In this document: piece after piece, positions 1 to 13,510 of the stretch
Numbering within the stretch: the stretch's first letter is position 1
How the letters are laid out: each line of letters begins with the position of its first letter
Origin: Rotaria socialis
Lineage: Eukaryota
Length of the DNA: 64,000 nt
Direction of reading: 5' to 3'
Assembly (NCBI GenBank): GCA_905331295.1
Contig: CAJNYD010000117.1
Location: 186,001 to 250,000, forward strand
The notes under the pieces: generated by a model
What the model saw: the letters and a program-made list of their open reading frames with translations, nothing else
The model's database searches: none
What the model was told of the DNA's origin: nothing
Translations under genes and position numbers: made by a program

Positions 1-1966
1 AAACGTCAGCAAGATGATATTTTTCATCATGGCGATGATAGTAAAAGAAAAAAGATTCGAAGCAACATTAATGATTCGTGAGTCATCCAATGATATTATT
101 TGAACTAAATCTATTTTTTTTACAGTTTATCACAAACTAGCACTACGACATGTTTTGAACATCTTTCTAATGAACTTATGTATGAAATATTTGAATTTCT
201 GGATTATTTTCATGTATATGAGGCGTTTTTCAATATGAATTTACGATTTCGTAACCTTATTAGCAATTCAAGTCTCCCTATTAAAATCAAAGTTTCATCA
301 ATATCTAAATCAGCTTATCAGCGATATTATACAGACATTATAATGCCTCATGCCAATCAAATAAGTTCAATTCATTTATCAAACGTATTCATTTATGATA
401 TTGTATCTTCACCTATTCGCATCCTACCAGAGTTTCGTCAACTTCAACGACTTATTCTTGATAATATTAAATCTAAATGTCTGACACAAATTCTTCTCGA
501 ATTATTTTCTTTTCCCGGTCTCTCTTCATTGACTATTGACTCTTATGATAATATTAAAAATAAGAATTTTATCTATCATCAAATATTTCGTTTACCTGCA
601 TTAAAATATTGCAAACTGTCCTTACATGGATGTGCTAGTGATGATAATCCATTACCACTCGTTACAAATGAATGCAGTTCAATCGAACATTTTATAATCA
701 ATCATGGCATTTACTTGAATGAAATGAATGGTTTGTTATCATATACTCCTCAACTTCGTTGTTTTTCTGCACAACTTGGACGAATATATTCGATGAAAAA
801 GACAACAATAGATCCACCTACACTAAATCATTTGACACATGTGTTTCTTGAACTAGGTGACATAAGTTTTAGTGAATTTGAGCAGCTGGCTATTGATTTT
901 TTCTCTAGAATTCAAGTTTTACGTATTTCGCTAAAATATCATAGAGATACGGAATATAGAGATAATAATAGATGGGAACAATTAATATCATCTCGTATGT
1001 TAAATTTACGTATATTCGATATTCGACACGAAAGTTGGGCTATCAATGTTGCTGCTAACAATAATAATAGTAATAATGGTCCGATAATATTCGATGGTCT
1101 GATCAATCAGTTTATATCTCCGTTTTGGATCGAACGAAAATGGTTTTTTGCCGTTCAATATATTCAGTCAGAGTTTCGAAATCGGGAAATATTCTACTCA
1201 ACGAATCCGTATAGGTATCAGCAGATGTGATATTTGCTCAGTCATAGAGTACATATTATTTGTATTTTTTAGAAGAAAACATTACACATTATATAAAAAA
1301 TCCAATGAAGAGAGGTATTTAAACGATTGTGAAACTAATATTCAGTCAGTTCATCATCTTCATATTGAAAGTGAAAAAGAAACGATCAATTGTATGAATT
1401 ATTTTCCAAATGTCACTGAACTTACTGTCGCATATGGTTTTTCGACAAACAGTCATTCATTTTCAACGATTCTCAATCGTATTATACCTTTGAAACAACT
1501 CTCTAAACTAGTTCTTGAATGTCACCATATCTCGTTTATGAAGCTCATCGAATTATTACGTTTTACACCTAATATTCGCGCATTAGTATTTCAATCGATG
1601 CCATTTTATAGGGATGATTATATGTCAATTCAGCAAAGTGAAACTTTTCGATTAGTATCCACTACAAATAAGATTACGAACGTGACTTTCAAAGACGCTA
1701 GTACATTAGAAAAGACTAGACTACTTATTGCTTTATGTCCTCAATTGCAGTATCTTTCCATAAAGACTCGGATGAAATATTTGGAATCAATAACAAGACT
1801 TCTATTAAAAAGTACTAATAAAAATACTGGCCATTTGTGCTCGTTGTGCTTTTTAGAGACGTCAAATAGATGGTTCGCAAATGTGAGTGATCTTATCATC
1901 TCCGAGATGCTACTCGATGATTATATGTTAAAACTGGTCGACTCAAAATTATACTTGTGGTGGTAA
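1..1966 (+). CDS. F-box/LRR-like protein (5' end outside window); exons <1-77, 126-1214, 1273-1966
   Basis: Introns 78-125 and 1215-1272 (GT-AG) join the ORFs in frame. N-terminal F-box-like motif FEHLSNELMYEIFEFLD is followed by degenerate LRRs, and the protein ends in LYLWW. Confidence 0.85.
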
Positions 1967-2330
1967 GGTTGAAGTATAGATATAGAAAAATATTTTACTC
2001 TCAATGTTACTTATTTAAAATAAACAAGAGAGCGAATAGCTGCCATTAGACCCAATCGGATCTAATCCGAGTCTGAAAATTTTCTGTTGATGTATATTGG
2101 GCTTGACTTGACTGTTATTGCAAGTATAAAAGTAAAAGACAATTATGTTCATATTATTGAGTGACGGGGTCGATAAGAAGAACCATTTCCTAATTCATGT
2201 AATGACTCATTAATGAAATTTCCATTTGTTTTGTTCTTTGATTGGCGCTTGAGGTTTTGAAAAAGAATGAAAATGGATTACGGCTACAAATTTTCTCTTC
2301 TTAGAGATACATAATCTCTTATATTTTCTA

Positions 2331-2392
2331 GAGGGTGTGGGTGTGGGTGTGGTGTTTGTGAGTATAAATCACTCAAACACCCAGATCCACGT
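2331..2392. repeat. Short foldback element with (GGGTGT)n telomere-like left arm
   Basis: GAGGGTGTGGGTGTGGGTGTGGTGTTTGTGAGT...ACTCAAACACCC forms an imperfect inverted repeat. Confidence 0.6.
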
Positions 2393-2559
2393 GTACCTAA
2401 AATACTACAGGATTTTATCAAACTGAATAATTCAGCACAATGAACATCATCCGTTAGTATTGATATTGAAAATATTCTCGTTCAAGTAGTACAGCATAAT
2501 TATTGTGAACTTACAAGAACGAAACGAAACATGAAATGTTATCGAAAGAGATAGAAAAA

Positions 2560-2780
2560 ATTTCGATACATTGTCACCAACAATAGTTTTAACATCGATC
2601 CGTCATATAATACCAACAGGTGATCATCCATCAATAAACTCTGTTACTTATAGAGTAGTTTATAACAACAGCAAGGTTTTACTAAAATCATTTCATCAGA
2701 TGGAACGATCAGATCTGATTCGACCATCAGCTTTTCCAAGGTCGTCTCCTGTCTATTGACCCAGAAGAAGGATGGGTACG
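2560..2780 (+). mobile_element. Decayed Ty3/gypsy pol fragment (start of the RT region)
   Basis: IRHIIPTGDHPSINSVTYRV...QMERSDLIRPSAFPRSSPV, then a frameshift to LLTQKKDG. This resembles the gypsy H.I.TGD.PPI..PYR...I.PS.SPWSSPV.LV.KKDG motif. Confidence 0.75.
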
Positions 2781-4098
2781 GATGAAGACAAAATTCTCAT
2801 CTCCACACGTGGAATAATTTGTTGGAAAAAGGAAAAACGATCAGCGTAACTCTGATTTCAAATGGTAAAAGACGAATGAATGTTTCTTTTCTTCAGCACT
2901 ACTATAAAAAATTCACAAGCCATTTAGATGAAAATAGTAGATCTGTTACACGAGCATTTTTTATCTTCATGCTATGTTTTATCAGTGTTTCAATGAAAAC
3001 AATTTAACATCGTCTTTATAAGATTAAAGTGCACGAATTGTCTACTCAAAGAAAACCAACAACAAACGATTTAGTAAATATTCACGTGATAAATAACAAC
3101 CGTTAGTAGCCGAAAACCAGTGACGTTTCAGATCTGTTACTCTGAATTGTAAAAGTGTGTAAACTATATGTGAAGAATACCAAATAAAGTATCAGCCTAA
3201 TTTTTTTATTATTTCTACCTATTATTAGGCGTGCATCATTATTAAACAATACGGTGAGATGATTTGTTGTTTTCGTAGTGAGTTCCAGCTTCTTATTTCT
3301 GTTTTAATCATTTTTATTTTGAGATTCTGGCTATGAATATCGCTATTTGAGTGGGTGTTGTTGAAGCGAAAACGAATACGCATACACCAGCACCCTATTC
3401 GAAATCGAAGTATGATCTAGTCATTCAGTAACGGACACTGTTCGTAGATTTCCTGGTCTTCAATTACTTGCTAATAATGGTTAACGATTGCATGCAAACA
3501 TGAAAAATAAAAATATGAGTTTCAAACCATCCAATAAACTTACACATCGGCTATTATAACTACTAGCTATTTTCGATGAAACATGCCCGGCAGAACTATC
3601 ATGCACTGCTAAATGTTTGGGTGGAGTTATTGCTATGCGGTCAGAGCTCCCATCTTTACAACACTGGTTTAGTGTATGTTCTTAAAAGAACTATTAAATT
3701 CTTCTTCTGCGGATAGGCTTATTCGATCAAAAGCATACTCAAGAATATCATCAATCATTTTTATTTTTGCATAGAAATCTAACTGAGCCGTCAGGAATAA
3801 CTTTTTTGATAGATCTTTTTGGCGATTGTATGGCTGCGTAGTGAGTCAGCAGGAAGATATTGATAAGTAATTACTCACGCTCACAGATGATTGACAATTG
3901 ATTCTTTGCAATTGTCAATTTTAAAAATATTGTCTGTGGTGATTTTTGTGTTCAACAAGACAATTAGTTAGTATGAGGAAAATATTCTTTTTTTATAAAC
4001 TAGCGTTGAATTCAATAAAACTTCGTTCATGAATCAAGCACACATTATTTTTATTGATGTTCTAAACGTTTGACAAAAGAATAATGCATCATTCAAAA

Positions 4099-5049
4099 TT
4101 ATCGGAACATTGAAAGCAATCCGAATGCACCGAGTACAAGTATCCAAGATGATTTTACCGATACAATACCCATGTTGCAGTAATCTCTGTCACAACAGCA
4201 CACTTCCATCCATTGACCACTGATATATTTCGAAAAACAGCCTCTTCTGGTGCATTCACCAGGACTTGCTGCACCACGAGTAAATGGTCCCTTTCCACTA
4301 TTATCAGGACTTATTTTCTAAAATAATAAAGCATTGTCTTTGAAGAAAGAAACATTTGATCCTGATTGGCCCTCATTTATGTATACTTTTCATAAATGTT
4401 TTCAACAGAGATCTAGCTCGGGGACCTCGCTATAATCATAACTGGGTTTTTCGTTATTAAGTTTGTATTTGCTAGGGAAAAGTTAGTTCCGTATGTAGGA
4501 TATCTATTTACAAAAGGAGATATCCAAAGAGTCGAAGTGGTAGACTTCAGCGGATGGACCGATGGCGTCTAAGCAAGAATTAGTATTTTTCTATTACAAG
4601 TAGATCTAATTTTATAATAGAATTCGAGAGGACATAAAGTAGTTATATGAGTAATCGGTATAGTCGTATCAGCATATAAATCGATAAAGTATAATTAAAT
4701 CTGTATCAATATTCTTTATTTATATGGGGACATCATGTAGATTGATGTTTTCACTTACCTCACAGTAACCATTATATGATGGAACAATCAGTACATTTCG
4801 ATCAGATTTATAAAACGGTTGAGGACATGGGCGACCAACACCACCGCAAAAGTAACAGTTGATGTATCCTCGTCTTGTTGTTGTTGGGGGTCTACGGGTT
4901 GTTACTGTTGGTGGTTTACGGGTTGTCACTGTTGGTCTAACAGTAGGTTTTGGAGTCGTAGCACCTGATGAGGCTCTTAGGGTGTCCCCTAAAATTTGAA
5001 CACAGGCTACATAGCCAAAGACCAAGGAAACCAGAAGGAATACTCGCAT
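4099..5049 (-). CDS. Ly6/uPAR (three-finger, quiver/sleepless-like) protein with a Thr/Pro/Arg-rich stalk and probable GPI signal; exons 5049-4759, 4317-4099 (~169 aa)
   Basis: Signal peptide MRVFLLVSLVFGYVAC, TTRKPPTVTTRRPP repeats, CYFC...CCCDRDYCN and a hydrophobic C-terminus. Spliced in frame via a GT-AG intron at 4758-4318. Confidence 0.8.
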
Positions 5050-5344
5050 TTTCAGTTTTGTTTTCAAGATTGTTTCAACGGTCTGATAAAAGGAAGCGTG
5101 AAACGAAAGAGCTACGTAATTATATGTTTTCGTTTGTTGCTTATCTTGCACGAATTCAATGACTTTGGTCTTGTATCATATAAAACTGATAAAATGAAAG
5201 TGAAACATTATCTATTTGTTGACACAACAACATGCAGTGTCATGTGCATGAAATGCCTAGTTCGAATTCGAATAGAAATGAACACTCAAGTGCATGGTAT
5301 CAATTTGAAAATAAGTGATAGAAATAGATTTAGTTTAAGATGGA

Positions 5345-5495
5345 GCGGGTGTGGGTTGAGGGAGGCTAAGGGGTAACTGTGAATGGCGGCGAGAGTGAGG
5401 GGGCGGGTAGGAGAGGTATCCGAGATACGTTGAATGTGGGTGTGGGTGATGGATACCATGTAGGACTGCTCAAATGTGGGTGCAGGTGAGGGGTA
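5345..5495. repeat. G-rich patch with degenerate TGTGGG telomere-like units
   Basis: GGGTGTGGG, TGTGGGTGTGGGTG and TGTGGGTG units in a G-rich tract within strongly AT-rich DNA. Confidence 0.55.
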
Positions 5496-7005
5496 TATAT
5501 GGCACAGTTGACATGAGAATTTCAGTTGAGATTGGAATGCGCGAAATAATTTAAACAATAAAAATGAAAAAAAACCTTTTTAATTATGAAGCTTTGATAA
5601 AGAATCAAAAACAATTCATTTAAATAATCATTCACGAAGGAAGTCATATTTAAAACATTTAGTGAAATATATCAATATAAATTTTTGGTTTTATTAATAA
5701 AACATGCAACCAAGACTTTCGCTTGATATATTTTGCTCTTTGAATAAACTTTTGATTTGCATTTGTGAGTCATATTATAATAAGTATTCTCTGTCCTATT
5801 CATATAATTGTAGTATAAGAGCATGGAAAAATTAGTTATTCTTCGATAATTTATCATATCAATTTAAAACTATTTACAAATTTCCTTTTTGTATTTGAAC
5901 TTTTTATAAGATTTGCTTAAAAAATTGTGTATTTTTTAATGATATGATCAGTATTTATTAATGCTCGTTTTTACGCAATGCAAAACTAAAAAGCATAAGC
6001 TATGTCGATTCGATTCTTCTTCTTATTTATGTTAATGTTTCTTTTCAGCTTGGTAAAACTTTGTTCAGATAAATGTTTTTTTAGGAAAACTTGAACTACA
6101 TATCAATAAACTTGACGTTCAAAAAAGGGAATCATACGATCAAGAACGATATGTATTTAAAACATTCTGAATGTTACTACAGCAGAAAATCTACTTAAGT
6201 CATGAAAATTCAGCTTTTGCGTTGGAAAAACTTTTCGTCTGACAGATATTTTTTTATCGCGACTTTTTTACCCTCTGCTCGTCCTAATCAATACTTTTTA
6301 AAAAAAACTTAAAACAAAAAATTTACTCAATTATTCAATGTCCCCATCATTCGGAACAGGTAGCTATAGAAAAATCAATGGTATCGATTCAAAAAATTAC
6401 TATTCATTTAACAAAAGAAATCTACAATCGATTCAATCAAATATTTTCTGTTTTTATAATCTCTGCAACGAAAAAACAATGAGAAGAATAAAAGTCATCG
6501 AAAAAAATGAAAAAAATGATAATTTATAGATAGATTTCTGAATTTATAATTTACGCAAAAGTCCAAATAAAAGAATGAAAAAAAAACTATTTCAATCTCA
6601 ACTGAATTCCAAACTCGCCTGCCACATATATATAATCATATATCGCATATATCGGAAAGTTAAACTTTTTATTTTCTCCGTTTATTTTCCAACTCGAATT
6701 AGACAGCTACTCATCAATACATATCCTTCAATAGTATCAGATTATTCATAGTTATCAATCTTCGATTTTTACCATTAAGCATAAACTCTACTAGATTGAA
6801 TCTAATTTTCTACTTTGTTTTCGTACTCTGATGCAAAGGATGATAAAAATGATTTGTTTATTCTTGTTCGAAAGATATTTTCTCGAAAAGATCCTCTGCA
6901 TGCTACGACAAGCTAAGTTTTTTCCACGTTTCATGTTTCTCAAAAACTGTGTTGGTCTTTGATTTATGGTTCACAAAACTCATCCGAATGTAAAATGTGC
7001 ATAGT

Positions 7006-7152
7006 AGCTGTACGATAAACTTGAAACTTGAATCCGATTGAAGTTTCAAGTTTCAAACATGCAATTATATGTGTCGCAATCGGAATGATGTCGACCTTAA
7101 AAGATGAAACTTGAAACTTCATTTAATTTCAAATTTCGCATCTGACACAGCT
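7006..7152. mobile_element. Palindromic MITE-like element with AACTTGA/TCAAGTT internal repeats
   Basis: AGCTGT...ACAGCT ends and internal (AAACTTG)n versus (GTTTCAA)n inverted arrays. Confidence 0.5.
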
Positions 7153-7679
7153 GCAATCAAGTCGGGTACGTTAATCAGTTTGTAAACTGAAGGGCTGAAG
7201 ATAAATGCTTTATCTACTGATTTCCCTTTTTTTCCATCGAAAAATCCTGCGAAGATTTTATCAAAAATGTTTATAATGTGTCAGAAAACTACGTGAAAGT
7301 TCTTGTACAACATAGATAGAAATTACTTTTTTTTCTAATTGGAATAAAACACATGTCTTTATGCATTGGAACGCTATAGGCAAATATTTCAACGAGATTA
7401 TTCATATTTACAGTCTTGTAACAGATCGGTTGCAAAATATTATGGTCCTATATTCTGGAAACTTCTGTTTGTCATTACAAAACAAAGAAAGTAGGAATCG
7501 CAAGATCAGCTTTACAAAATGTACTTGATCAAAGAACTAAATATTTTATATCTGCATTGGTTTCGCATTACATAGAAGTAAACAATGCGTGAGCATTTGA
7601 TAAATATCTAGTAAATCACTGTGAATAGCATTATAATTGTGAAGTCTAACACGTATAGTTTTGTATTGCATATCTATCA

Positions 7680-8548
7680 CCCAGTGAAAAATATTACTAA
7701 AAAAGAACGGTAAAGAATGCGTTCCAAAAGAACTGAAGCTCTTTTTTTTAAGAAAAGAAAACATTCCACAACAAATGGAAACCGTTCTCAAATGGAACGC
7801 ACTAGAACGCATTCTATCATTCTAAGAAGGTGTTCTTGGTCGTTTCGAAATGGAACAGTGAAGAACGCATTCTGCCACTTGTGGAACGCTTTCTCTTCTT
7901 TAAAACGGTTAACCTTTCTGATCACCTGGGTGATCATTAATAGATGAATCTACAATTAGTCAAAAGACTGTTCCTGATGCAACTTAACGAGCTCTATCGA
8001 ATGGCGTACTCCAATTCGTTGTAACTGAAACCGTTATTAAAATAATAATTTTTCTAAATCAGACCAAATATCCCTAAAGTAAAATCGAATGAAGATTCCA
8101 TCATTTCTCACATCAATTTCAACCTGCTTTGCTTCAGACCTTTCATTTTAGAATGAAAATGTGGTTTGCTTCGAAAAGAAAGCATTCATCTCTTCAGAGA
8201 ATCCATTGTCTTAAAGGCTCGTGAGAGAACGTAAAAGGAAGCTATTTTATTTCGATGAAATGCTATGTTAACCGTTCCGAAAGAAAATGAACTAGAATGA
8301 ATTCTACTGGTTTAAGAATGATTCAGAATGCTTTCTCTTCAAATAGGGAACGATTTTTCAGTATAGAAGAAAGTATTCCATACTAGTGTGGAACGGTAAA
8401 GAACGAGTTCCTTCAGATCGAGAATATTTCTTTCTGACTCTGAACGCATTCGCTCAAACAAGGAACGCATTCTCTACGTAGAAGATAGGTTTCCATATCC
8501 GCATGAAACCATTCTATTCCGTTTTTTTTCGAAATATTTTTTACTGGG
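7680..8548. mobile_element. Non-autonomous TIR DNA transposon, EnSpm/CMC-like
   Basis: Imperfect ~30 bp TIRs CCCAGTGAAAAATATT..AAAAAAGAACGG and CCGTTTTTTTTCGAAATATTTTTTACTGGG, CA on both flanks (possible 2-bp TSD), and repeated internal GAACGCATTC motifs. Confidence 0.7.
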
Positions 8549-8742
8549 CAGTCTAACTTCTGAGACACACATTGTGATGATAGTTTTGTCGTATGTTCCA
8601 TTTAATTTAATTATTACTGCTAATAACTTCTAGAATCCACCAGGATCCAGGAGCCACTTTTCCCCCCTTGGATATTTCTCGTCCTTATGAATCCACTTAT
8701 AAATGAAAAAATAGGAATCTCTTCGGTTTATAGTTATACCAA

Positions 8743-11015
8743 ATGTTGATGGATCTTAGTGAGAACCTGCCGCAAATACCAACAGTTCGAAAAGAGACCA
8801 CTAAGAGGTTAGTATTCATTTACAATTCGCTATTTACTAAACAGCCCAATTTCCATTTAAGACGAATGTCACGAGCAAAACGCTTAACCATCTGTATTTT
8901 CATTTTCGGATCATGCCTAGTAATTATGGCTGTGATTTTAATTGTCGTTTTTGTTAAAACCACCAAGTCATATACAACGACAACAGCAAATACAACTGGT
9001 ATGCTACTTTTGGAAAAAAAACTGGCTTGTACATACTTTGCACTTAAAACAATCAGTGAGCAGCGAGTACTTGTATGAAAGTGGAACTATTCTACATATC
9101 TGTTAATTTTCAAATAATTTATCTGAATTAAAACGACCAGTAACCTCATTAAAATTGATAACCTATAGACAACAAAATATAGTTCTCTAGTTTTCTAAAT
9201 TCATTTACGAGCTCCACAACTTTTTTTTATCTCTTTCTAATCTCGCCACTTTTTCAAAATTGTCGATCGCCAATCATACATATTCGACGACAGGTTGTAT
9301 GAGATGACCGGAAAGAATTTCATCATTTAATAGCGTCAGAAACCAAATAACTTACAAACATTTGTTTCGTATTTTGAAACCGATAGATTTTTTTTCATAT
9401 TATTGAATATTTTTTTCTTTTTACAAAATAGTATTACTAAACACAACGACGATCGAAGTAGTTGAAACAATGAAGACAACAGCAAGTCTGTAATCAATAT
9501 TTTTTTCATGATTCTTTTTGTGTGAAACAGTTAGAATGATTCAGACTACGTTGAACAGGGGCGTGGGTGTGGGTGTGAACCTGATTATTAAAAATTCACT
9601 CTAAACAACTCACGAGGTAGATTTGTTCTTTAAAAGGTTAACTCGAAACCCTACAAAAAACAGGTTAGAAAAATCAGTAATATATGATGCGATGCGTCTT
9701 CATCTTCTTTTTTCAATGGTGAAAATCGTAGTTCTGTAACTTGTTGCTATTAAACGCTATTCAAAAAATACTCACGAGCATTCATGTTCATGCTATCCGC
9801 ATATATCCGAAACAAACAGATCTTATCAAAATTTTACTATTATGATATTAGTTGAATAGCGATCAAATGGCATAGAAAAATAGAGCAAAACACGCTCTAT
9901 CTATTGGTAAAAAAAGAAACCTTTTTTCGACTTCTGCTTGAGGAAATAAGGTGCCTCCCTCACTACTTTTGGATTGCCCTAAGTAATTGTGACAATGGAG
10001 TTTTAAATAGCTCGTTAAAATTTTTATAAAACCAATGAACCTAAATAAGCTAAAAACAAATTCATTTTATGCACTTTTTGGTCTTGATGGAATTTTTGAG
10101 TTTGTACGAATGAGAGTGAAAACGAACACATGAATTACGTCCACAACAATGCACACCTGCATCTGTATATAGATGCACATGCGTCTCTCGTTGTAATTCC
10201 ATGTGGATTATACTAGGGAAGTCCGAACCTTTTTTAAAGTTCTATAGCTTCTGACTAGAATCTTTAAAAGTCCGGTATGATACCTGCTTTTTAAATTGCG
10301 GGAAAGTGCGATCCATAAATATAGATTGATATATCAACGGAAAAGGTTGTCCTCCTATAAATTGTCATCGTTTTTCATGATAAAATCAAATCGTGTTAGT
10401 ATGTTTCATACCTGAATTGAATGATAGAGCTGAAGACTCTTTTAGACAATCTCAGTTTTCTATAGAAAAAATGGTGGTATATAGTAACGATAAGAATATA
10501 AACAGTGATTAGAATACTCTTTTCTTGTCTTGCTAGGGTCATTAATAATGTTTGGAGTTCAGCACAATTTGAATCCAGTTTCATTGCTACCTAGTTGGTC
10601 AATATGCTATCAAGGTCTTTATTCTGTTATTTTAACTGAGGCCGCTGTCGTTTCAATACTTAGAAGTTGTAACAAGACATTGCTTTTACTTGCTTGTCGA
10701 CCAGTAACCAACATTAATTTCACTGTAGCTGCTATGGGCAATCGAAGTGATGTGCTCTACGATTGCGACACCATTATAGAATGCACTCATTTAGCAAACG
10801 GGGTTGGATGGTACTTTTCCGATCGATACTCATGGGGTTTTGTCAATGGCGATGAGTCTGTCACGCGTAAACAATGCGATACAAATCCGGTCAATAACGG
10901 TGTGAACGGACTTTGTTGGCACACTACTATGAATTCAGGTGGTTATCAATGTGGCTCTAATATAAATCTTAATAGTGATTCGACATATGAGCGACTTATA
11001 TATCATTCGAACTAA
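8743..11015 (+). CDS. Type II membrane protein with a bacterial-like Cys/Trp-rich ectodomain; exons 8743-8807, 8862-8998, (possible small exon ~9432-9485), 10537-11015
   Basis: TM segment LTICIFIFGSCLVIMAVILIVVFV and a Thr-rich stalk splice in phase 1 into FGVQHNL..WSICY..LLLACRP..TVAAMG..ANGVGWYFS..SWGF..LCWHT..GGYQCG..YERLIY. Confidence 0.75.
9557..9580. repeat. Interstitial telomere-like (GGGTGT)n tract in an intron
   Basis: GGGGCGTGGGTGTGGGTGTG. Confidence 0.55.
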
Positions 11016-12371
11016 ACAGTTTTCTATTTTGTCTTACTGACTTTCACCCAAGACAGATTTTTGTTTTCCATGATCAGCTCACTATAGCATGGTTTTACTT
11101 TTTGAAAACATGATCTATGATCATGGTTCAGATTAGCTTGCATATAGGCGTATGAAATTTCACTGTATACTGATGAAGCATATACAGGAATTGACCACAC
11201 AAATCGGTTTCTCGTAACGATGGCGGGTCAAACCATCAGGAAACTTTTATGAAAGTCATGTTCATAAAATATTGAGTATATAAATGTATTTAGTCTGGAT
11301 TAGTCAATAGATGAAATACAGCCGTCTTTAATTTCAACGAATTATGAATTTCGCCTCCTTTTCATACACACCACTGTATACAACCGCAGCAACTTTCACT
11401 CAAAAAAGAAATGGTTTGAATTACAAGTACGTTGATCAATGAAGATATCTAGAGAAAATCCATTGATCTCAATGTCGGATTTAAAAAATAATGAGCTTCT
11501 GATATTAATGAGTACCCATATTGATATAGTAGTAAATATCAATTAATAAAATACAGGTTATTTCAAAAATTACAATCTTGTGTCTGCGCTTATTGAAAAT
11601 GCTTTCTCTTCTAATGTATCAGTATATGTTGTCGGCCAATCTCAGTAGCAATTCGCCGGTGAGAATGGTGAAGAAGAAGCGAATTCAAAACATACAACTT
11701 CGTCTTGATCTCTTCAAGTACAAGATATCATATCAACGTGTTGTCAGAACGAAGAACTTCTAATTACCAATATTCTGCTAGTACCCTGGAGCAGCATTTG
11801 TGTTTTCATTGCAGCTGGTATAATCCACTGGTTTAAAATTACAATCGAGAATGAATGTGTTGGCGAAGGATCCTTCTGTAGAAACAAAATAACGGCATCT
11901 GATCAATGTTTGGCTTCTAGTATTGACGCTCTCTATAAAAGATTAGATAATCTACAAAAAATATGCAAGTGCATGAAATTAACAGCAAGACGTTTCTGTT
12001 TTTCAAAATTTTTCTGTGTTTAACTCTCCTAGTTTTCCTATTGCTAGTGTATAGTTCAAAAAAAAGGAACGGATCTGAAGAACCTCAAAATGTTTTCTTT
12101 TTCTCAAAATTATTTATAATATCTTTTTGATTGAATCTAGAAACTTGCAAAACATATGTCTTATTTTTACCGACAAAGATTTCCCTTAAAAGCTTAATGG
12201 AAGGCTGAACGGTATTTCTAAATATAGAAAACTATTTATAAGCTAATACAATCTTTTTTCTTATTCATTCCAATACTTAAAAAGGAATGCTGTTTTATTT
12301 CCTGGGAACCAGCTAAAAGATGAATTTAATCAAAATATACTGTTTTAATTCTTTTATTAACTGTTTTTATC

Positions 12372-12427
12372 TTGAGGGTGTGGGTATCTTTATAGAACTA
12401 GTAGGATAATCTCTACACCCATATCCC
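12372..12427. repeat. Foldback element with telomere-like arms (degenerate copy)
   Basis: TTGAGGGTGTGGGTA...TACACCCATATCCC. Confidence 0.55.
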
Positions 12428-12710
12428 GATAATAAATTTGCAGTGGCAAAATAAATATCAAGTCCATCATTCATTGAATTAATTCCAATTTCATTCTGAA
12501 AAAATATATCTCTTATCCAACGAATAACCATTTCTTCTTACAAAACGTCAATGGATGAACAAAAATGTTTTGTTTTCATCATTGACTTATTCAGTCGAAT
12601 TATTTCCGTCAGACAAATTGAATCAAAATAGCCATTGTCTAATTAACTTAGCCGACGTATATTGATCATATAAATACAGATCAATCTCATTTGAAATTAT
12701 AGTATCAACT

Positions 12711-13510
12711 ATGGATTCAATCTGTGATATTGATGTCGAATCACTGTTCTCAACCTATGGAGAAAAATATACGCATGAAATCGAGGTACAATATAAAATA
12801 TTAGTCAATCAAATAGAAACAATTCTTTTTTTTCTAGGTATTGACACAACTAATTGAAATTTGTCTATTAGAAGATTCTATTCATAATAATCAAAACAAA
12901 CAAGTTCTTCTTTCCAATCTCAAGAGACGAATAGTTATTAATTGTACTATTGAAAAATATCAAAGTAGAAAACTTTACAAAGCTGAAAAGACAATATCTA
13001 TTTTCATATGCTTATTTTAGGTGTTCTTGATGATATTGAAATTTTTGAAGAATACGATGGTGTATTCGATGTAGAACTTGTTCTTGCAAGGGCGTAAGTC
13101 AATATTTTTTCCAATAGGATATCGTTCTATTTTTTTATTAAAATGTTTTTTCTTTATCTAGAGAAGCTCGTCTGGCTTTGTTTTTCAAATCAACTATCGG
13201 CGAACTTGAATATGCACAAAATAACTGTAAGTAAATTTTTTCTACTCATATTTGATAGAATGTTGTTGGATATATTTTATTGTTGTTTTAGATGGTCATA
13301 ATTTCAAGAAACAAATTCGTTATATCAAAGCAATCAATATTAGAAAATGGTTTGAAAAGTATGTTAAACACAAATTATTCTATTTAATTGAACGATCACA
13401 ATTATTGGTAGATAATTTCTATGATGAAACAGATCAGTATAATTCTTTTTTAAAAACTAGGTGCTCTTTTTTGTTGTAGAAAAGAAGATGTTAATGAAAT
13501 GAATGATTAA
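12711..13510 (+). CDS. Multi-exon hypothetical helical protein (~140-150 aa); last exon uncertain
   Basis: TATAAA ~40 bp upstream. Exons join in frame through four GT-AG introns: MDSICDIDVESLFSTYGEKYTHEIE/VLTQLIEICLL.../SVLDDIEIFEEYDGVFDVELVLARA/EARLALFF.../YGHNFKKQIRYIKAINIRKWFE. Confidence 0.65.

Noticed and set aside
3330..3680. Coding-like fragments
   Set aside because: Short and interrupted, with no consistent splice model or recognisable motif.
11340..11900. Possible gene (GYFKNYNLVSALIENAF...)
   Set aside because: The frame contains stops and I could not recognise a family; at most an old pseudogene fragment.
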